Positions 24,598 through 38,770 are shown, numbered from the stretch's first letter. The stretch is DNA of 64,000 bases from Octopus sinensis (GCF_006345805.1 NC_043002.1:99696001-99760000), one strand, 5' to 3'. Numbers and translations are program-made. Notes: generated by a model not told the origin, from the sequence alone.

Positions 24598-26745
24598 TCA
24601 TCATTATCATTGTTCGACCGTGGTCGAGACAATGGAATTTACCATGCTACGCCAGACTTCACGGTCCATCATGGCATTACGGAGGTCCTGTTGCTGGATG
24701 CCTGTATCTCTGGAGATTACATCAGGGTAGGAGAGTGTGCGCCCTCTGGTATTGCGAGTAGATGGCTTCCAGAGGAGAAGAGTAGAAACCACCTCTTTTT
24801 CAGCTCTACAACAATGTCCAGCAAACTGGACTCTCTTACTTTTCACAAGAGATGACACAGGTGGTAGTTTCCCATATATTTGCATTTTGGTTGGATGGCG
24901 TTTCCACGAGAGATTTTGAGCTCTCATAAGGAGGCGAGTGTAGGTTCCATCCAACCGCCTCTCAAGCTTCTTTGATAACGTCCAGGTTTCTGAGCCATAT
25001 AGTAGAATTGGTTCGACTGTGGCTTTGAAGATTTCAAGTTTGAAGTCTCTACTTAGATTTGATGACCAGATCTTATGCATGTCATTACAGGCTGACCAGG
25101 CCATACCCTTTCTAGTTAGAAAGTCTTTTCCAGATGATGATATGTATGACCCAAGATATTTGTAATCAGAAACCGTATTTAAGGGCGCATTGTTGAGAGT
25201 ATGGATGATGCAATCACTGTTGGACAGGCACTTGTTTACGTATTCAGTCTTGGCCTCATTGAGGTAAAGACGTACACAATTTGAGGCTTGTTCAAGAGAT
25301 TGTAAAAGAGACTGGGCATTGGAGAGAGAATCACTGATAAGAGCGATGTCGTCAGCAAAGTCAGTGTCTGTCAAGTACTCAGCTGGGTGTCTGGAACTTC
25401 TTGGTTTTATTTCAAAGCCCTTGACAGAATGGTATCAACTCACATACGTAGCACATAATCAACAACAATGATGAAAAGAAATGGGGCGAGTGTGTCTCCC
25501 TGCAGTATTCCGGCTTTGATTGAGAAAGATGATGTTTCTCAGTCAGGGGTTAAGATGGTTGAAGATGTATCTGTGTAGAGGACCTTGATGGCAGAAATGA
25601 TTTTGTCTGGTATCCCATCGAGAGCTTAAGGATTTCAAACATCTTGTACCTATCTACAGAATCGAACGCTTTAGAAAAGTCTACAAATACCATTGCAAGA
25701 TCGCGATTAAATGCTTTTGATTCTTCAATAAGTCTGCGTAGGCATAGTATCTGGCTCAGCGTTGAGCTCCCATGTCTGAATCCATTTTGGTTCTTTTGAA
25801 GCAAAGGTTCAACAAAAAGGACAAGACGATTTAGGATCAGTTTGTTGTACAGTTTTGTAGCAATTGACATTAGAGATATACCCCTGTAGTTGGTGACGAG
25901 GGATAAATCGCCTTTTTTGGGTATTGGGATGATTTGAGATTGGTGTCAAATCTTTGGAGCGACAAAGGTGGAAAGTGTGTGGTTGCAGAGGTTGAGCAAA
26001 AGTGTGTGGAATCTATCATCCTTCCAAATTATAGCTGGGATGCTTTCGAGGCTTTTAGTTGCTTGGTGGCTGCTGTTAGTTCAAATATGGTAAAAGGGGA
26101 GGTGTTGATGTCCAGCGTATCTGATATAGGCACACTTGGAAGAGTGGGGTTATCAGGGATTTTGGCATTCTTCCCAAGGAGGTTTTTAAAATGGGTTGAC
26201 CAATTTTCTAAACGCTTCTTAGCTGATCCCCCTTTAATTCTAATTGATGACCCATAATTTTTGCCTGATAGGTCTTTGATGGATTTCCAGGCGAGATGGT
26301 GTTTTTTACTAATGTGCTCTTTGGATAGTGTACTAATTTTGCCATTGATAAAGTCGACCTCGGCGTTCAAGTAAGCGTCATCAAGATTCTTCTTGGCAGC
26401 TATGAGTTGGATCTTCAGTGAGTGGGATGGAGAACTTTAGATGGTTTCTGGCTTCGATGACATTTGGGGAATTAGAAGGTTTGCTCTGGCCCCTATTCTT
26501 CTTTTTGGGAAGAGTAGCCAGTGCAACTTCCTCTGTTGATTTGATGAGGCTGCTGTATACTTCTTCAATGTTCTCAGCATCTATTTCAGAAGTAGACAAA
26601 GATTGAAATGTGTTATAGACCTCAATAGTAAATTGTTTGGACATATCGGGGTTAGATAAGACTTCCTCCCAGTCGATCGTTTTCATCGGGTGAGGCTTAT
26701 TTTTTTTGGATGAGCGAAGACTAATGACTACAAAATGCATTGATA
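24598..26745 (-). mobile_element. 5'-truncated, frameshifted RTE-clade LINE (reverse transcriptase and C-terminal region; endonuclease absent)
   Basis: NYRGISL, QNGFR, FVDFSKAFDSV, GILQGDTLAPFLF, DFADDIAL, YKYLGS, ILLYGSETW, FAGHC motifs across ORFs 26381-26740, 26029-26370, 25550-25870 and 24607-25374; 3' tail of TGA/TAA repeats. Confidence 0.93.
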
Positions 26746-28338
26746 TAGCTGAATGACCTTTTATTATACTGATATCGATGTTTAGTGCCAGGTTAGTATC
26801 CCACCTAATTGAGCATACCTGTAATCAAAAGAGTTCCAGCAGTATGCGCTCCGTGTTTGTATATCTAGAATTGTATCATTCACTGTGGGCATATCTTTTG
26901 TTTAAGATGTTGGCATGTGACTTTGAGAAATTTGGTTGGTATTTTGTGCAAATCAAGTGACAATGTAGATCACGAGTGGCTAAATATTTTAGTATGATGA
27001 CTCAAATATAATATATTTTATCATTCAAGAGACACAATATACATTTTGGTAATATATTTATGAAAAAAAGAATAGACTATACCACTAAATGATTCTGACC
27101 ACTAAAATATAGTAATTAATCTCCAATCGTTGCAGATCCTTATTAAATCTTCCAGTTTATGTATGTTCAAAGTATTTTAGAAACATTTACGCTGACACCG
27201 AATATTATCACGAGCGCGACACCAAATATTATCACGAGCGCCTCATGTAGCAGCTGTGGGAGTCACATGCATAGCTTCTGCCCTGATCAACTCCACTTTG
27301 CCTACTTGTGGTCTGACAATAGATTTTCTATGTCGCACCATATTTGATACAAAGTTTCAATGCTCATAAATATCTACGAATTGACATATGAAACACTCCT
27401 AGTTTTTATAGATGTAGTGCTTCTGGAATGATAATTGCATGCCTGTTCGCTTGTATAGTGATTTTGGAAGGGAGCTAATATTATTTGATATTCATGCATT
27501 CATGTTCATGTAAAAAAAGAAACGGTGAATAACCTAAATAGAAATGGAAACCGTACCGGTATCCAAGACATGGTTTTTATTATAACACATTAACATAACT
27601 TCTCAGTATGTTTATACGTTTTAAACGTTAAGTTTTCTATAACGTCAACTGCTTAACTAGTTTATGTTATTTCACCAAATTGATTTACAATGGCGAAAGT
27701 AAGCCATTTAGAAAGATAGTTACTATGGCAATCACGTTTCATTGAAGTTCTTCAGAAAGCTATCTTCCGAACGATTGATATGAAACAGAATTTGTAAGTC
27801 TGGCTGAAGTATATTATATAATTCGGATATAAAAATAATGCAGTGTTTATATTGGAGACAACATCGGCACTGACTGTAAAGATATCATTAAAGTAGATGA
27901 GAATTATTACTGCTTGCAATAATAATTGAAGCAATAATAATATTTCATACATATGTTATTACAATCCATATTTAGTATCGCTATTTCCAGTTTTACTAGA
28001 TATGCAATATAAAATATAACAGTTTTATGGAGAACGCTGCAGATGTAGCTCCTTGTGAAACGCTTTCCTGACGAGGCGTTTTCAACCGTTGAGTAAAGCT
28101 ATTTCGCTTTCAGTGTCTAATACTCAAAAGTAGGCATAAATGTCGGCGCTTCCATTTCTGTTTTTCTTCATGTGCCGTGTCAAAAGGAAAATTAATATTG
28201 AAGTGAGTTTCGAAACTTGTTTTGGCTTTGGCTTATACGAAATATTTTAATTCCCGCCATTGAGGTGTCCCTTTTCCGTTTTCTCTCTAAAAGATAGTAT
28301 ATCTATTCTTCCATGCTCTCCATACTGATATATATATA

Positions 28339-28420
<82 letters not shown>

Positions 28421-28717
28421 TTATTTATTAAACGCAACATATATGTTTATGTGCTGCTATTAGTTTTATGTACTGACGGCATGCCACACAGTATTTTTTT
28501 AACGCATCTGATGTCCTAACACAATCCTCAGTGCCTGACGATTGGACTACGGCACCATATGTGTTAAAAACTACTGTCTGACATGTTCTCGGCACATGAA
28601 AGCATATATTGTGCTTATTAGATAATATTTAACTTCCACCAGATGGAGTACTGTTTGTCTTGTTGATCTCTTACCACCACAGCACAGTACACCATTTATA
28701 TATATATTTATATATAT

Positions 28718-29124
28718 AGGCGCAGGACTGGTTGAGTGGTAAGTAGCTTGCTTCCCAACCACATGGTTCCGGGTTAGGTCCCACTGCGTGGCACCTTGGG
28801 CAAGTGTCTTCTGCTAGAGTTTCGGGCCAACCAAAGCCTTGTGAGAGGATTTGGTAGACGGAAACTGAAAGAACACTGTCGTATATATATATATATGTAT
28901 GTGTTTGTATATATTCGTGTGTCTGTGTTTGTCCCCACAACATTCATTGACAACCGATGCTGGTGTGTTTACGTTCCCGTAACCTAGTGGTTCGGTAAAA
29001 GAGTTCGACAGAATAAGTACCAGGCTTACAAAAGAATAAGTCCTGGGGTCGATTTGCTCGACTAAAGGCGGTGCTCCAGCACGGCCACAGTCAAATAACT
29101 GAAACAAGTAAAAGAGTTAAAGAG
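28718..29124 (+). mobile_element. Full-length SINE family A (reference copy)
   Basis: tRNA-like head, (TA)/(TG) linker, tail AAGGCGGTGCTCCAGCACGGCCACAGTCAAATAACTGAAACAAGTAAAAGAG. Confidence 0.92.
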
Positions 29125-29139
29125 TATATATACATGCAA

Positions 29140-29345
29140 TTTCAAGTTCTTTTTTCATAAGGTCCAATCAGAAGCCACCGTCTTTAGTTTTCTTGGTTAG
29201 ATTCTCAGGCGTGACCGACATATACTATGGATTTTATCCAATCATCTTGTTCGATGTCAGCTTGAAAATTCCGTCTTGTGATTCTTACCTGTAACATTCT
29301 AGTCACATGTCCCTAGCGTTGCAGCTGTGTCCTCTCAATGCAAAA
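29140..29345 (-). mobile_element. Degraded RTE LINE 3' fragment
   Basis: QLQR*GHVTRMLQVRITRRNFQA...SRLRI*PRKLKTVASD resembles QLRWxGHVxRM of the RTE C-terminus. Confidence 0.55.
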
Positions 29346-30149
29346 ACAATATTTTATCTAATCTAGTGGAATTGATATAAAATGAAGAAAATTCTGTAGG
29401 GGGCAACAAGTATCACGCTCATTGTATCATTTATTAGCGAGGGCACTTTTAATGTAAAATAGCTATAAAATTTGAAACATACACAACACAGTTCTTGTTC
29501 ATGAATCTGTTTATCTTTCAAATAATATATTTAATTAACCGGTCACCTGGCTAATATTGCTTCAACTTTCAATCCGAATTCCCTCTGTATTAGCTTGGGG
29601 TAGAAATAAAACTATAAAACTTAGAACATAAAAATTAATTTTGTTTTCAAATCAAATACAATTATTAATTCATTTATTAGGCTTGAGGCTACTACAAATC
29701 ATTGCTGCAAACAACATTGAAATTTTACACAACCTGGCCGATAGATACGGTTTTTAAAGTTATCACTAGCTGTAATTGAAAAGTCGATTAATTAAATCAC
29801 AAAAATGTTTCCCATTTCTAGAGAAAGGAAACAAGATTGTGCGAAATTTATGCATTTCACCGTTGCAATTTCCTCATCCAAGACTATAAAATATGATAAA
29901 GTCTATTAATTTATTTTGACATGTGGAAGACTATATTTAAGGGATCAGAGCTGGAACATCTTTGTACATAGGGTCAGCTCACTTAGTATGGAACATGGCC
30001 TGATATGATTGCCACTAGTCATATTATGTGCTCCAAATGGAAACCATCCTGGACCTCATTTTACGTAGAAAATTCATGGTTAACAAAAATAATCCGGTTA
30101 TATTTCTTTCAACATTTCAGTTGCACTTTCCTTTTGTTTATTGGCTTTT

Positions 30150-30369
30150 ACTCTTTTACTTTTCTACAGCTTTCAGCCGTTGAAGTGCGGCCATGCTAGA
30201 GCACCGCTTTGTAGCGTTAGTCGACTAAAACCAACTCCAGTAACATTTTCAGCTCTGGTACTTATTATATCGTTGTTTATTGCCAAACTGCAGGGACACT
30301 GGTTTTTAGGCAATGGGAGGATAAACTCAACGATAAATAGACACGAACGCCTGCAGGCAGACACACGGA

Positions 30370-30415
<46 letters not shown>

Positions 30416-30570
30416 TACACACACAAAGGCTTCTACATATTTTCCCTCAATCAAACTTGCTCAGAAGATACTTGTCGGCCCGTAGTTATAATACAAGACA
30501 CTTGTCCAATATGTTATACAGGGAAACTGACCTCGAAGCCATATGGCTGCAAAATGAACTTCTTCACCCC
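30150..30570 (-). mobile_element. Diverged SINE family A-type copy
   Basis: GCGGCCATGCTAGAGCACCGC tail; (CT)n(CA)n linker; degraded head. Confidence 0.7.
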
Positions 30571-30987
30571 ACAGTTATACTTTATGAATTTTCCTGTCTC
30601 CGTCGAGGTCCTCCTCATTGTTGTTATGTATATGCAATTGGAAGCACTGTTTTCTATGTCAGTAGGCTTATATGTATTTTGTTTGTTTGTTTGCGTGCAT
30701 GTGTTCATATGTGTGTTTGTGAGTGTATGTGAGTGTGTGTAGGGGCTGATTCTATTTGCACCCAAGTTCTGCATTATGCGGGGAATGCTACGTCTGACAA
30801 GAAACTGATAAACGATTTTATTCACAGTACACTAAAACATATGTAATACCGGGTACCTGTTTTATATAATCCCCTGGAGAGAGTGGGTTGTGTATGGGAT
30901 CTACAGGACACCTGAATTAAAAAAAGTTTTGAAATATTCCAATCCTCTTTGAAATGTTAAAGAGCGTCTTATTTCTTAACGTGTATC

Positions 30988-32430
30988 TATAGCAAGGTCA
31001 TGGAACGAATAGTCAGAAGGAAACTAATCACCTTCCTTGAAGAAAATGACTTGCTGCCTGACACCCAAAATGGTTCCCGACCAGGAAGAAGCTGCTTAAC
31101 TCAGCTCCTACAACACTATGACTGGGTGCTGAAACGACTGCTCAACCACTCAAATGTGGAAGTGATATATCTCGACTTTGCAAAGGCCTTTGATAAAGTC
31201 GATCATGGAATGATATGTCACAAACTGCGTGATCTTAGCATAGTTGGAAGACTGGGAGAATGGCTTCATGACTTACTAAAAGATAGAAGTCAGGTGGTAG
31301 TAGCCAATGGGGCCACTTCCATTAACATGCAAATAGTGAGCGGTGTTCCGCAGGGCACTGTTTTGGGACCACTACTGTTCATAATGGCCCTCTCAGACAT
31401 GCTCTCAGCCACGCAGAGAGCCACGATCACAAGTTATGCAGATGATACAAAAGTTTTACAGGCAAATACAGAACCCTGAGGACACTAAACGCCTGCAATA
31501 TGAGCTGGACAAAATACAAGTGGGCTGAAAAGAATAGCATGCAGTTCAATGCTGAAAAGTTTCAAGCTTTATGCTATCAGCATGCAAAACTAAATGCCAT
31601 ACCAATGAATACACTGGACCCGGAGGAATTGCAATCCCAGAGGCACAATCAGTGCGTGACCTGGGTATTTACATGAGTGGATGACGCAACCTTTCGTGTA
31701 CATGTTGCTAAATTGGCAATGAAATGTAGACGACTGGCGGATGGATCCTTAGAACCTTTAGAACAAGAGAACAAGAAACCATGATGGTCCTCTGGAGGTC
31801 ACTTGTCCTAAGCCACTTTGTATGCTCTCAGCTATGGTCACCTTCCAGTGTCAAGTTGTGATCACAGAATTTGAGGCGATCCAACGTAGCTACACGAAGA
31901 TGATAGCCTCTGTGCAGAATATAAGCTGCTGGGAAAAGACTCAGAGATTAAAACTCTATCCTTGGAGCGGAGGCGAGAAAGATATGCCATAATATACATC
32001 TGGAAGATCTGGAAGGACTTGTCCCAAAAATTTGACATCGAGAGTTACACAAATGCCAGAACTTGGCGCCACTGCGTGGTGCCAAGGACTCCAAATTTAC
32101 CATCAATATGTAGGACAAGATACTGTGATAGCCTAGGCTTCCGAGGCCCACAGCTCTTCAATATTCTCCCGAAGAACCTAAGAGAACTGCATGGGGTGGA
32201 TGCAGATGTCTTTAAAATGAAACTGGATCTCTTCTTGTCAGGTATCCCAGATGAACCAACTTCACGGCAGGAGGTGCATATGAGGGCAGCTGCATCGAAC
32301 TCTCTCATGCACCAAATGGCAGTTGCTAAAAAGCACTCGTGAAGTAAAACCATGTAGCAACACCAAATGGCGGTGCCCCAGCATGGCCACAGCTCGTGAG
32401 CTGAAACTAGAATCAATCAACCAATCAATC
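30988..32430 (+). mobile_element. 5'-truncated CR1-type LINE (reverse transcriptase, frameshifted) with (AATC)n tail
   Basis: QNGSRPGRSCLTQLL, IYLDFAKAFDKVDH, SGVPQGTVLGPLLF, SYADDTK, RDLG, RRERY..IYIWK, GPQLFNILPK, FKMKLDLFL; tail AATCAATCAACCAATCAATCA. Confidence 0.93.
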
Positions 32431-32573
32431 ATAGGTATTTAAGCAATTACACGAATAAACAATTTAAATTTAGTAGCTTATATAAATTTAAAATTAAATA
32501 AGGGTAGAAATTTATATTAATCAATTAAAACCAGGGGCCTATCATATTTTTAATCTATACATATATACACACC

Positions 32574-32945
32574 ATATATATATAGATTATATATATATAT
32601 ATATATAATATATATATAGAATATATATATATATATAATATATATATATATATATAATAATATATGATATATATATAGATATATAATAATTATATATATA
32701 TTAATAGATATATATATATATAATATAATATATATATATATATTATATATATGGATATATAATATAATATATAATATATAGTATATATTATTAATATAAT
32801 ATATATATATAATAGATATATATATATATATAATATATATTTATAAATATATATATATAATATATATATATAGATATAGATATATATATATATATATATA
32901 ATAATATATAGATATATAATATATTATATATATATAATATATAAT

Positions 32946-32984
<39 letters not shown>

Positions 32985-33534
32985 ATATATATATATATAA
33001 TATATATATATATATAGATATATAATATATATATATTATATATAATATATTATAGATATATTATATATAATATTTATATATATATATATATATTAATTAT
33101 ATATATATATATAATATATATATATATATATTATATTATATATATTATATATATTATATAGATATATATTATATATATTATATATATATTATATATATTA
33201 TATATATTATATATATATATGATATAATTATAATATATATTATATATATTATATATATATATAGATTATATTATATATATATATATTATATATATATATA
33301 TATATATTATATTATATATTTATATATATTATATATATATATATTATTATATTATATATATTATATAAGTATATATATTATAGTATATATATTATATATA
33401 TAAATATATATCGATTATAATTATATATATATATATTATATATATCTATATTATATATATTAATATATATATATATTATTATATTATATATATAATATAT
33501 ATATATTATATATATAATTATATATATTATATTA

Positions 33535-33565
<31 letters not shown>

Positions 33566-33743
33566 GTATATAATTATATTATATATTATTATATATATTA
33601 TATATATATATTAGATATATTATATATATATATATATTATATATATGATATAATATATATGTATATATCTATATATTATATATATATATATATATATTCT
33701 ATATATATGATATATATATATATTATATATATTATATATATTT

Positions 33744-33774
<31 letters not shown>

Positions 33775-34454
33775 TATATATATATATTATTATATATTAT
33801 ATATATTATATATAGATATAATATATATATTATATATATTATATATATAGATATTATATATATATATATTTATATATTATATATTATATATTATATATAT
33901 TATATATATTATATATATATTATATATATTATATATATTATATATTATATATATTATATATAATTATATATTATATATATATATATTATATATTATATAT
34001 ATATATATTATATATATAGATAGTATATATTATATATATATAATTATTATATAATATTTATATATATATATTATATATATATATATGATATATATATATT
34101 ATATATTATTATTATATATATTAATATATATATATATATATATATATTATATCGATATAATATATTATATATATATATTATATATATTATATCTATATAT
34201 ATATATATATATATATTATATTATTATATAGTTATATATATTATATATTATATTATAGATTATATATATTATATATATATATATATAATATATATATTAT
34301 ATATATATATTATTATATTATATATATATATATATTATATATATATATTATATATTATATATTATAGATATATAATATTATATATAATATTATATATATT
34401 ATATATTATATATATTATATATATATATTATATATATATATAATTATTATATAT

Positions 34455-34487
<33 letters not shown>

Positions 34488-34561
34488 ATATATATTATAT
34501 ATATATTATATATTATTATATATATATATATATTATTATATATATTATATATATTATATAT

Positions 34562-34593
<32 letters not shown>

Positions 34594-34847
34594 AATATTA
34601 TATTATATTATATATATTATATATATTATATATAATATATATATATAATATATTATATATATTAATATATATATATATATATAATATTATATATATTATA
34701 TATATATATATTATATATATATATATTATATATATATATATTATATATATATATTATATATATTATATATATATATATTATATATATTATATTATATATA
34801 TTATATATATATATTATATATATATATATTATATATATTATATATAG

Positions 34848-34907
<60 letters not shown>

Positions 34908-34908
34908 T
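32574..34908. repeat. ~2.3-kb degenerate (TA)n array
   Basis: Almost pure A/T with scattered G and C; directly visible. Confidence 0.97.
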
Positions 34909-35084
34909 CATAGAAAAAATACAGTGTACATTTAAACACATAAGAGATTACCAATAGTAGAACATCTGACTCACTAGAAAGAACAGTTTAAAACTCCAAC
35001 CACTAATAGTTGCAATTCTGAATTCCGTTATGAACGGAATTTTTTAGATATTCCTGTCGGCTTGCTTCGAGACGCGTGCTTATA

Positions 35085-35255
35085 GTGATGAAGTATATGG
35101 TTATTGACGATTTAAGTCTATTTTCAGTTCGACAAAAATGACCAAAGGGAATAAGTACTAGGCTTACAAAGAATGAGTCCTGGGGAAGGTTTGTTCTTCT
35201 AAAGGCAGTGCTCCAGCATGGTCGCTGGCAAGTGACAGAAACAAGTGTGAAATAG
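35085..35255 (+). mobile_element. SINE family A tail fragment
   Basis: GAATAAGTACTAGGCTTACAAAGAATGAGTCCTGGGG...GGCAGTGCTCCAGCATGG. Confidence 0.8.
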
Positions 35256-36231
35256 TAATATATATATATATGTGTATGTATGCATGTATGCTTGTATGCA
35301 TGTATGTATGTATGTAAAAAGAAAGGAAGCAAAGACTAAAGTTTTTCAGACGATGAATATCTAAATATAAATATAAAGATATACGTCAATGGATCAAACA
35401 CACAGATAGTACAAACGACAGGGAGGAGGTGAGGCGTTACAAGTCTAGCAGCTGTTCCTGGGGGCTCGGATATCCATCGTATAAATATCTATGGTTATTG
35501 ATAACTTCTTTAAAAATTGAATACGCTTTTAGTTATAGAAAATAAGGCAATAGTTCTCAATTATTTTTTACTTCGTTGCACACTAGGTGGGGATCCATTT
35601 TTATAAAAAAGAATTATTACCAGTCACTTGACATGCGAAGTTTTAAAAAATTGTTAGAAAAGATAAAAAATTCGGAAAACTAATATATAAGACTATTTCT
35701 TTACTTTCTTTCATTAATCATATATAAAATATTTCTATTAATACGTTTTTCCAAGACGCTCAATCATTATTTGGAACTTTTTAAAGATTAAGCCTTATTT
35801 AATTTTTTTAAAAAGCTGCGGCACAGTATTCGGAGAACATTGCTATAAAACTTATTTATAAGAACTGGGTTATGGCGTTATTCATATATATATGCAAGCA
35901 TTTATCTATCTCTCTGTCTGTCTGTCTGTCCACACACACACACACATACACACACACATTTTGACATCTGTAAATGTTAAACTATGATCATCAATTAAAT
36001 TCAAATTTAGGCATAACAACACAATATTTACTGTTCAAGGGACTCAATAATGAAATTAGAGTATAAATTAATAAGAAGATTCTGTTAGAGTCTAACGGAT
36101 GGCTGTGTAAGTGATATTCCTATCAAAACGAAATTTAATGAAATTTCCTTATGTAGATTTGATGTTTTGTTCATCTTCAATCGCATTGCATTATATTCCA
36201 AGCGCGTGATAAGAATAAGACTACTAACTAA

Positions 36232-36866
36232 TGATAATAATCCTTTCTACTATAGGCATAAGGCCTGAAATTTGTGGGGAGAGGGTGAGTCGATTAAATC
36301 GACCATAATGCTCCGGTAGTACTTATTTCATCGACCCCGAAGTGATGAAGTGCAAAGTCGACCTCTGCGGGATTTGAACGGACATAATACCGCTCAGCAC
36401 TTCGCCCGGCGTCCTAACGACTCTGCCAGTTAGCCGCCTTAATAATAATCCTTTCTACAATTGGCACTCGATTTCAAAGACTCCAGTGTTTCACTGATGC
36501 TTAATTTATTTATAGACCACGAAATGATGAAAAGCAAGGTCGATCTGGGCGGCGTTTGAACTCAGAACGTTAAGATAGACGAAATATCGCTAAGGACTTC
36601 CGCCGGTGTGCTAACGATTCTACCAGCTCGCCAACTTAGCAATAATCCTTTGTTCTCTAGGCACAAGTCCTGAAATTTGGGGGAGAGGATTTTCGATTAC
36701 ATCGAATCCAGGACACAACTTGTACTTATTTTACCGACCCCGAAAGAATGAAAGATAAAGTCGACATCGGCGGAATTTGAATTCAGAAAGTAGCAACGGG
36801 CGAAATACTCCTAAGCATTTCGTCCAGTGCGCTGACGATCCTGCCAACTTGCCGCCTTGCCGCCTT
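36232..36866 (-). mobile_element. Three head-to-tail SINE family C copies
   Basis: Units ~36232-36440, 36441-36638 and 36641-36866; each has an AATAATCCTTT tail end and the TCGAC...TTTGAA core; units 1 and 3 end GCCGCCTT and unit 2 ends GCCAACTT on the head side. Confidence 0.85.
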
Positions 36867-37055
36867 AATATTAATGATAGTAATTGTATATTTTAAAATT
36901 ACTTCATTATTTATCCATATTCTACGGCATAATCATTAATCGTATTCAGATTACTTCCTCATCAACATTCATATTTATATAACATATATATTTCTTTATG
37001 CGTATACATGTATTGTTTCTGTTCTTTACATCATTTGATTCTTTATATAATTCAG

Positions 37056-37064
37056 TCCAAAACG
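37056..37064 (+). other. Candidate 9-nt microexon TCCAAAACG
   Basis: Long pyrimidine-rich tract ending TTCAG| immediately followed by ACG|GTAAGT. Confidence 0.2.
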
Positions 37065-38399
37065 GTAAGTGTATACAGAACCACACGTTGTATTTCATTC
37101 TCTTTTGTTTTCTTGATAAATATCTCTTCTTTATTGTGACGATATTTATATCCATTTCAAAGACGAAAATACCTTTTGTTTCAAGTGTTGAAGATGGCGC
37201 CTTTTTTATTATATTATTTGTGAGAACAAAAGAACTAAGAATATAGTTTCGGTACAATATCCTGAATATTTAAAGTACAAACCCAGTAAGATATCATTTC
37301 AATGCTACATCAAGTATACTGCTTCAAAAAGGCACATTCTCTATACAATCACTCACTCATATCATTCTATCTCTCTCTCCACTTCTCTCTCTTCCTTTCT
37401 TTCTCTCTGCCTCCTCTAATCATTATTATTTGGTCTTTTATCTATCTTACCCTCTTTGAATCTCCCAACACTTCCTGTCAACACAAGTCTTCCCCTATAC
37501 CTACTTGTTTGTCTATATGTTCAAAAGAAAGTAAGAATGAGTCTCTATCTACATGTATGTAAAGAATTCCATGTCTATTTGGATAAATAAACTGATAAGT
37601 GTGTATATCTGTTCAATATTCGCCAACGTCAATTCATATAAACCAGAAAAAATCATTGCTTAGTAAATGTCTATTTATATCTCTACTCTGTCCTCTCAAC
37701 TATTCACTTCACTAATTATATATATATAGTATATATATATATATATATATATAAATAAAGATGATAGATGTTTGTGTATGTGTGTCTACGTGTAACAGGG
37801 TGTGTGTGTGCAAGCGTGCGGTACATGCACACAGTCTCTCACACTCCTTGTTTCTCTACTCTCTTATACACACACACGAATACATATGTTGTGTTTTTGG
37901 CTATTTCACTATATATGTCCACCAACATATTGGCAATTTATTAATTTGTATTTAAACGACGTTATGTAAAGCACTCATAACATATCCACTTGAATGAAAC
38001 TGAAAACTATTCCCCATATAGGATGGGAGTGGGTGGGGTAAGAAATTAATAATAAACCTTCCTTATATCCAATAGTTTTGCTAATTCTCTTATAATTCCT
38101 AATTTAATTAGATTTTTGTGAAAATCAATAATAGTAACTGTTGATTATATCTCAGGATATATAAGATGCTATGATATAATAAATACGAAATAAACGAAAT
38201 GCTAATAGATACCATATGAAAGATGAAAATGGAAGTACTACCGTACGTTGTTATATAGCATTTTAATAAGTGATTAGTTTTATGCAGTAGTATTAGTTGG
38301 TCAGGTATCATACAAACGACTCAACGGGTTATGTTTTGAAATGTAACTTAAATCTCAACGGTCACGTTGACTAGATATAAATAGACACTATTACTGATA

Positions 38400-38770
38400 T
38401 TAGCCGTAATTGTTATTTTGGTTATTGCTGTGCTCGTATTGGTTAGTCAGTTTGATTCATGGTATTGGGTCTTGTGGAGGTTTGAATGTGCGGGGAAGAA
38501 CAAACAGTTGATGATAGAGGGGCACTCATTTCTAAATTAGTGGGATTATATTTCTGCTTGATCAGGTTGTGTCTGGGTAATGATCTTGTTGAGCTTTAAT
38601 GACAGGACTTTTGTCAGTGACGATCCTCCAGCAATTTTTGTCGCCTCTGGTACCCCATTATCTAAAATGTCCCCCAATTCTGTTCATTTTTAAATGTGAG
38701 TGAATTGAATGCTAATAGGTGTGTGTTTTTTTTCCTGCAGGATGAACCACCTCTTAGAGGCTCCCTCTAT
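38400..38770 (-). mobile_element. Possible degraded retroelement RT remnant
   Basis: HLLAFNSLTFKNEQ...MG loosely resembles the Penelope RT N.F.F...Y.Q..G.AMG motif; many stops. Confidence 0.2.

Noticed and set aside
27188-27240. 24-bp tandem duplication GACACC(G/A)AATATTATCACGAGCGC
   Set aside because: Ordinary two-copy slippage duplication with no further structure; similar small ones occur near 12770 and 15750.
27720-27793. Candidate exon LLWQSRFIEVLQKAIFRTIDMKQN before GTAAGT
   Set aside because: The acceptor lacks a pyrimidine tract and the frame is short enough to arise by chance.
28055-28110. CTGACGA near GAAAC as a possible hammerhead
   Set aside because: The order and spacing of the boxes leave no room for stems I and III; it is a simple GAAACGC/GCGTTTTC hairpin.
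36232-36866. Repeat-spacer-like array suggesting CRISPR
   Set aside because: Units are ~200-bp diverged SINE copies with no unique spacers, and there are no cas genes; eukaryotic context.
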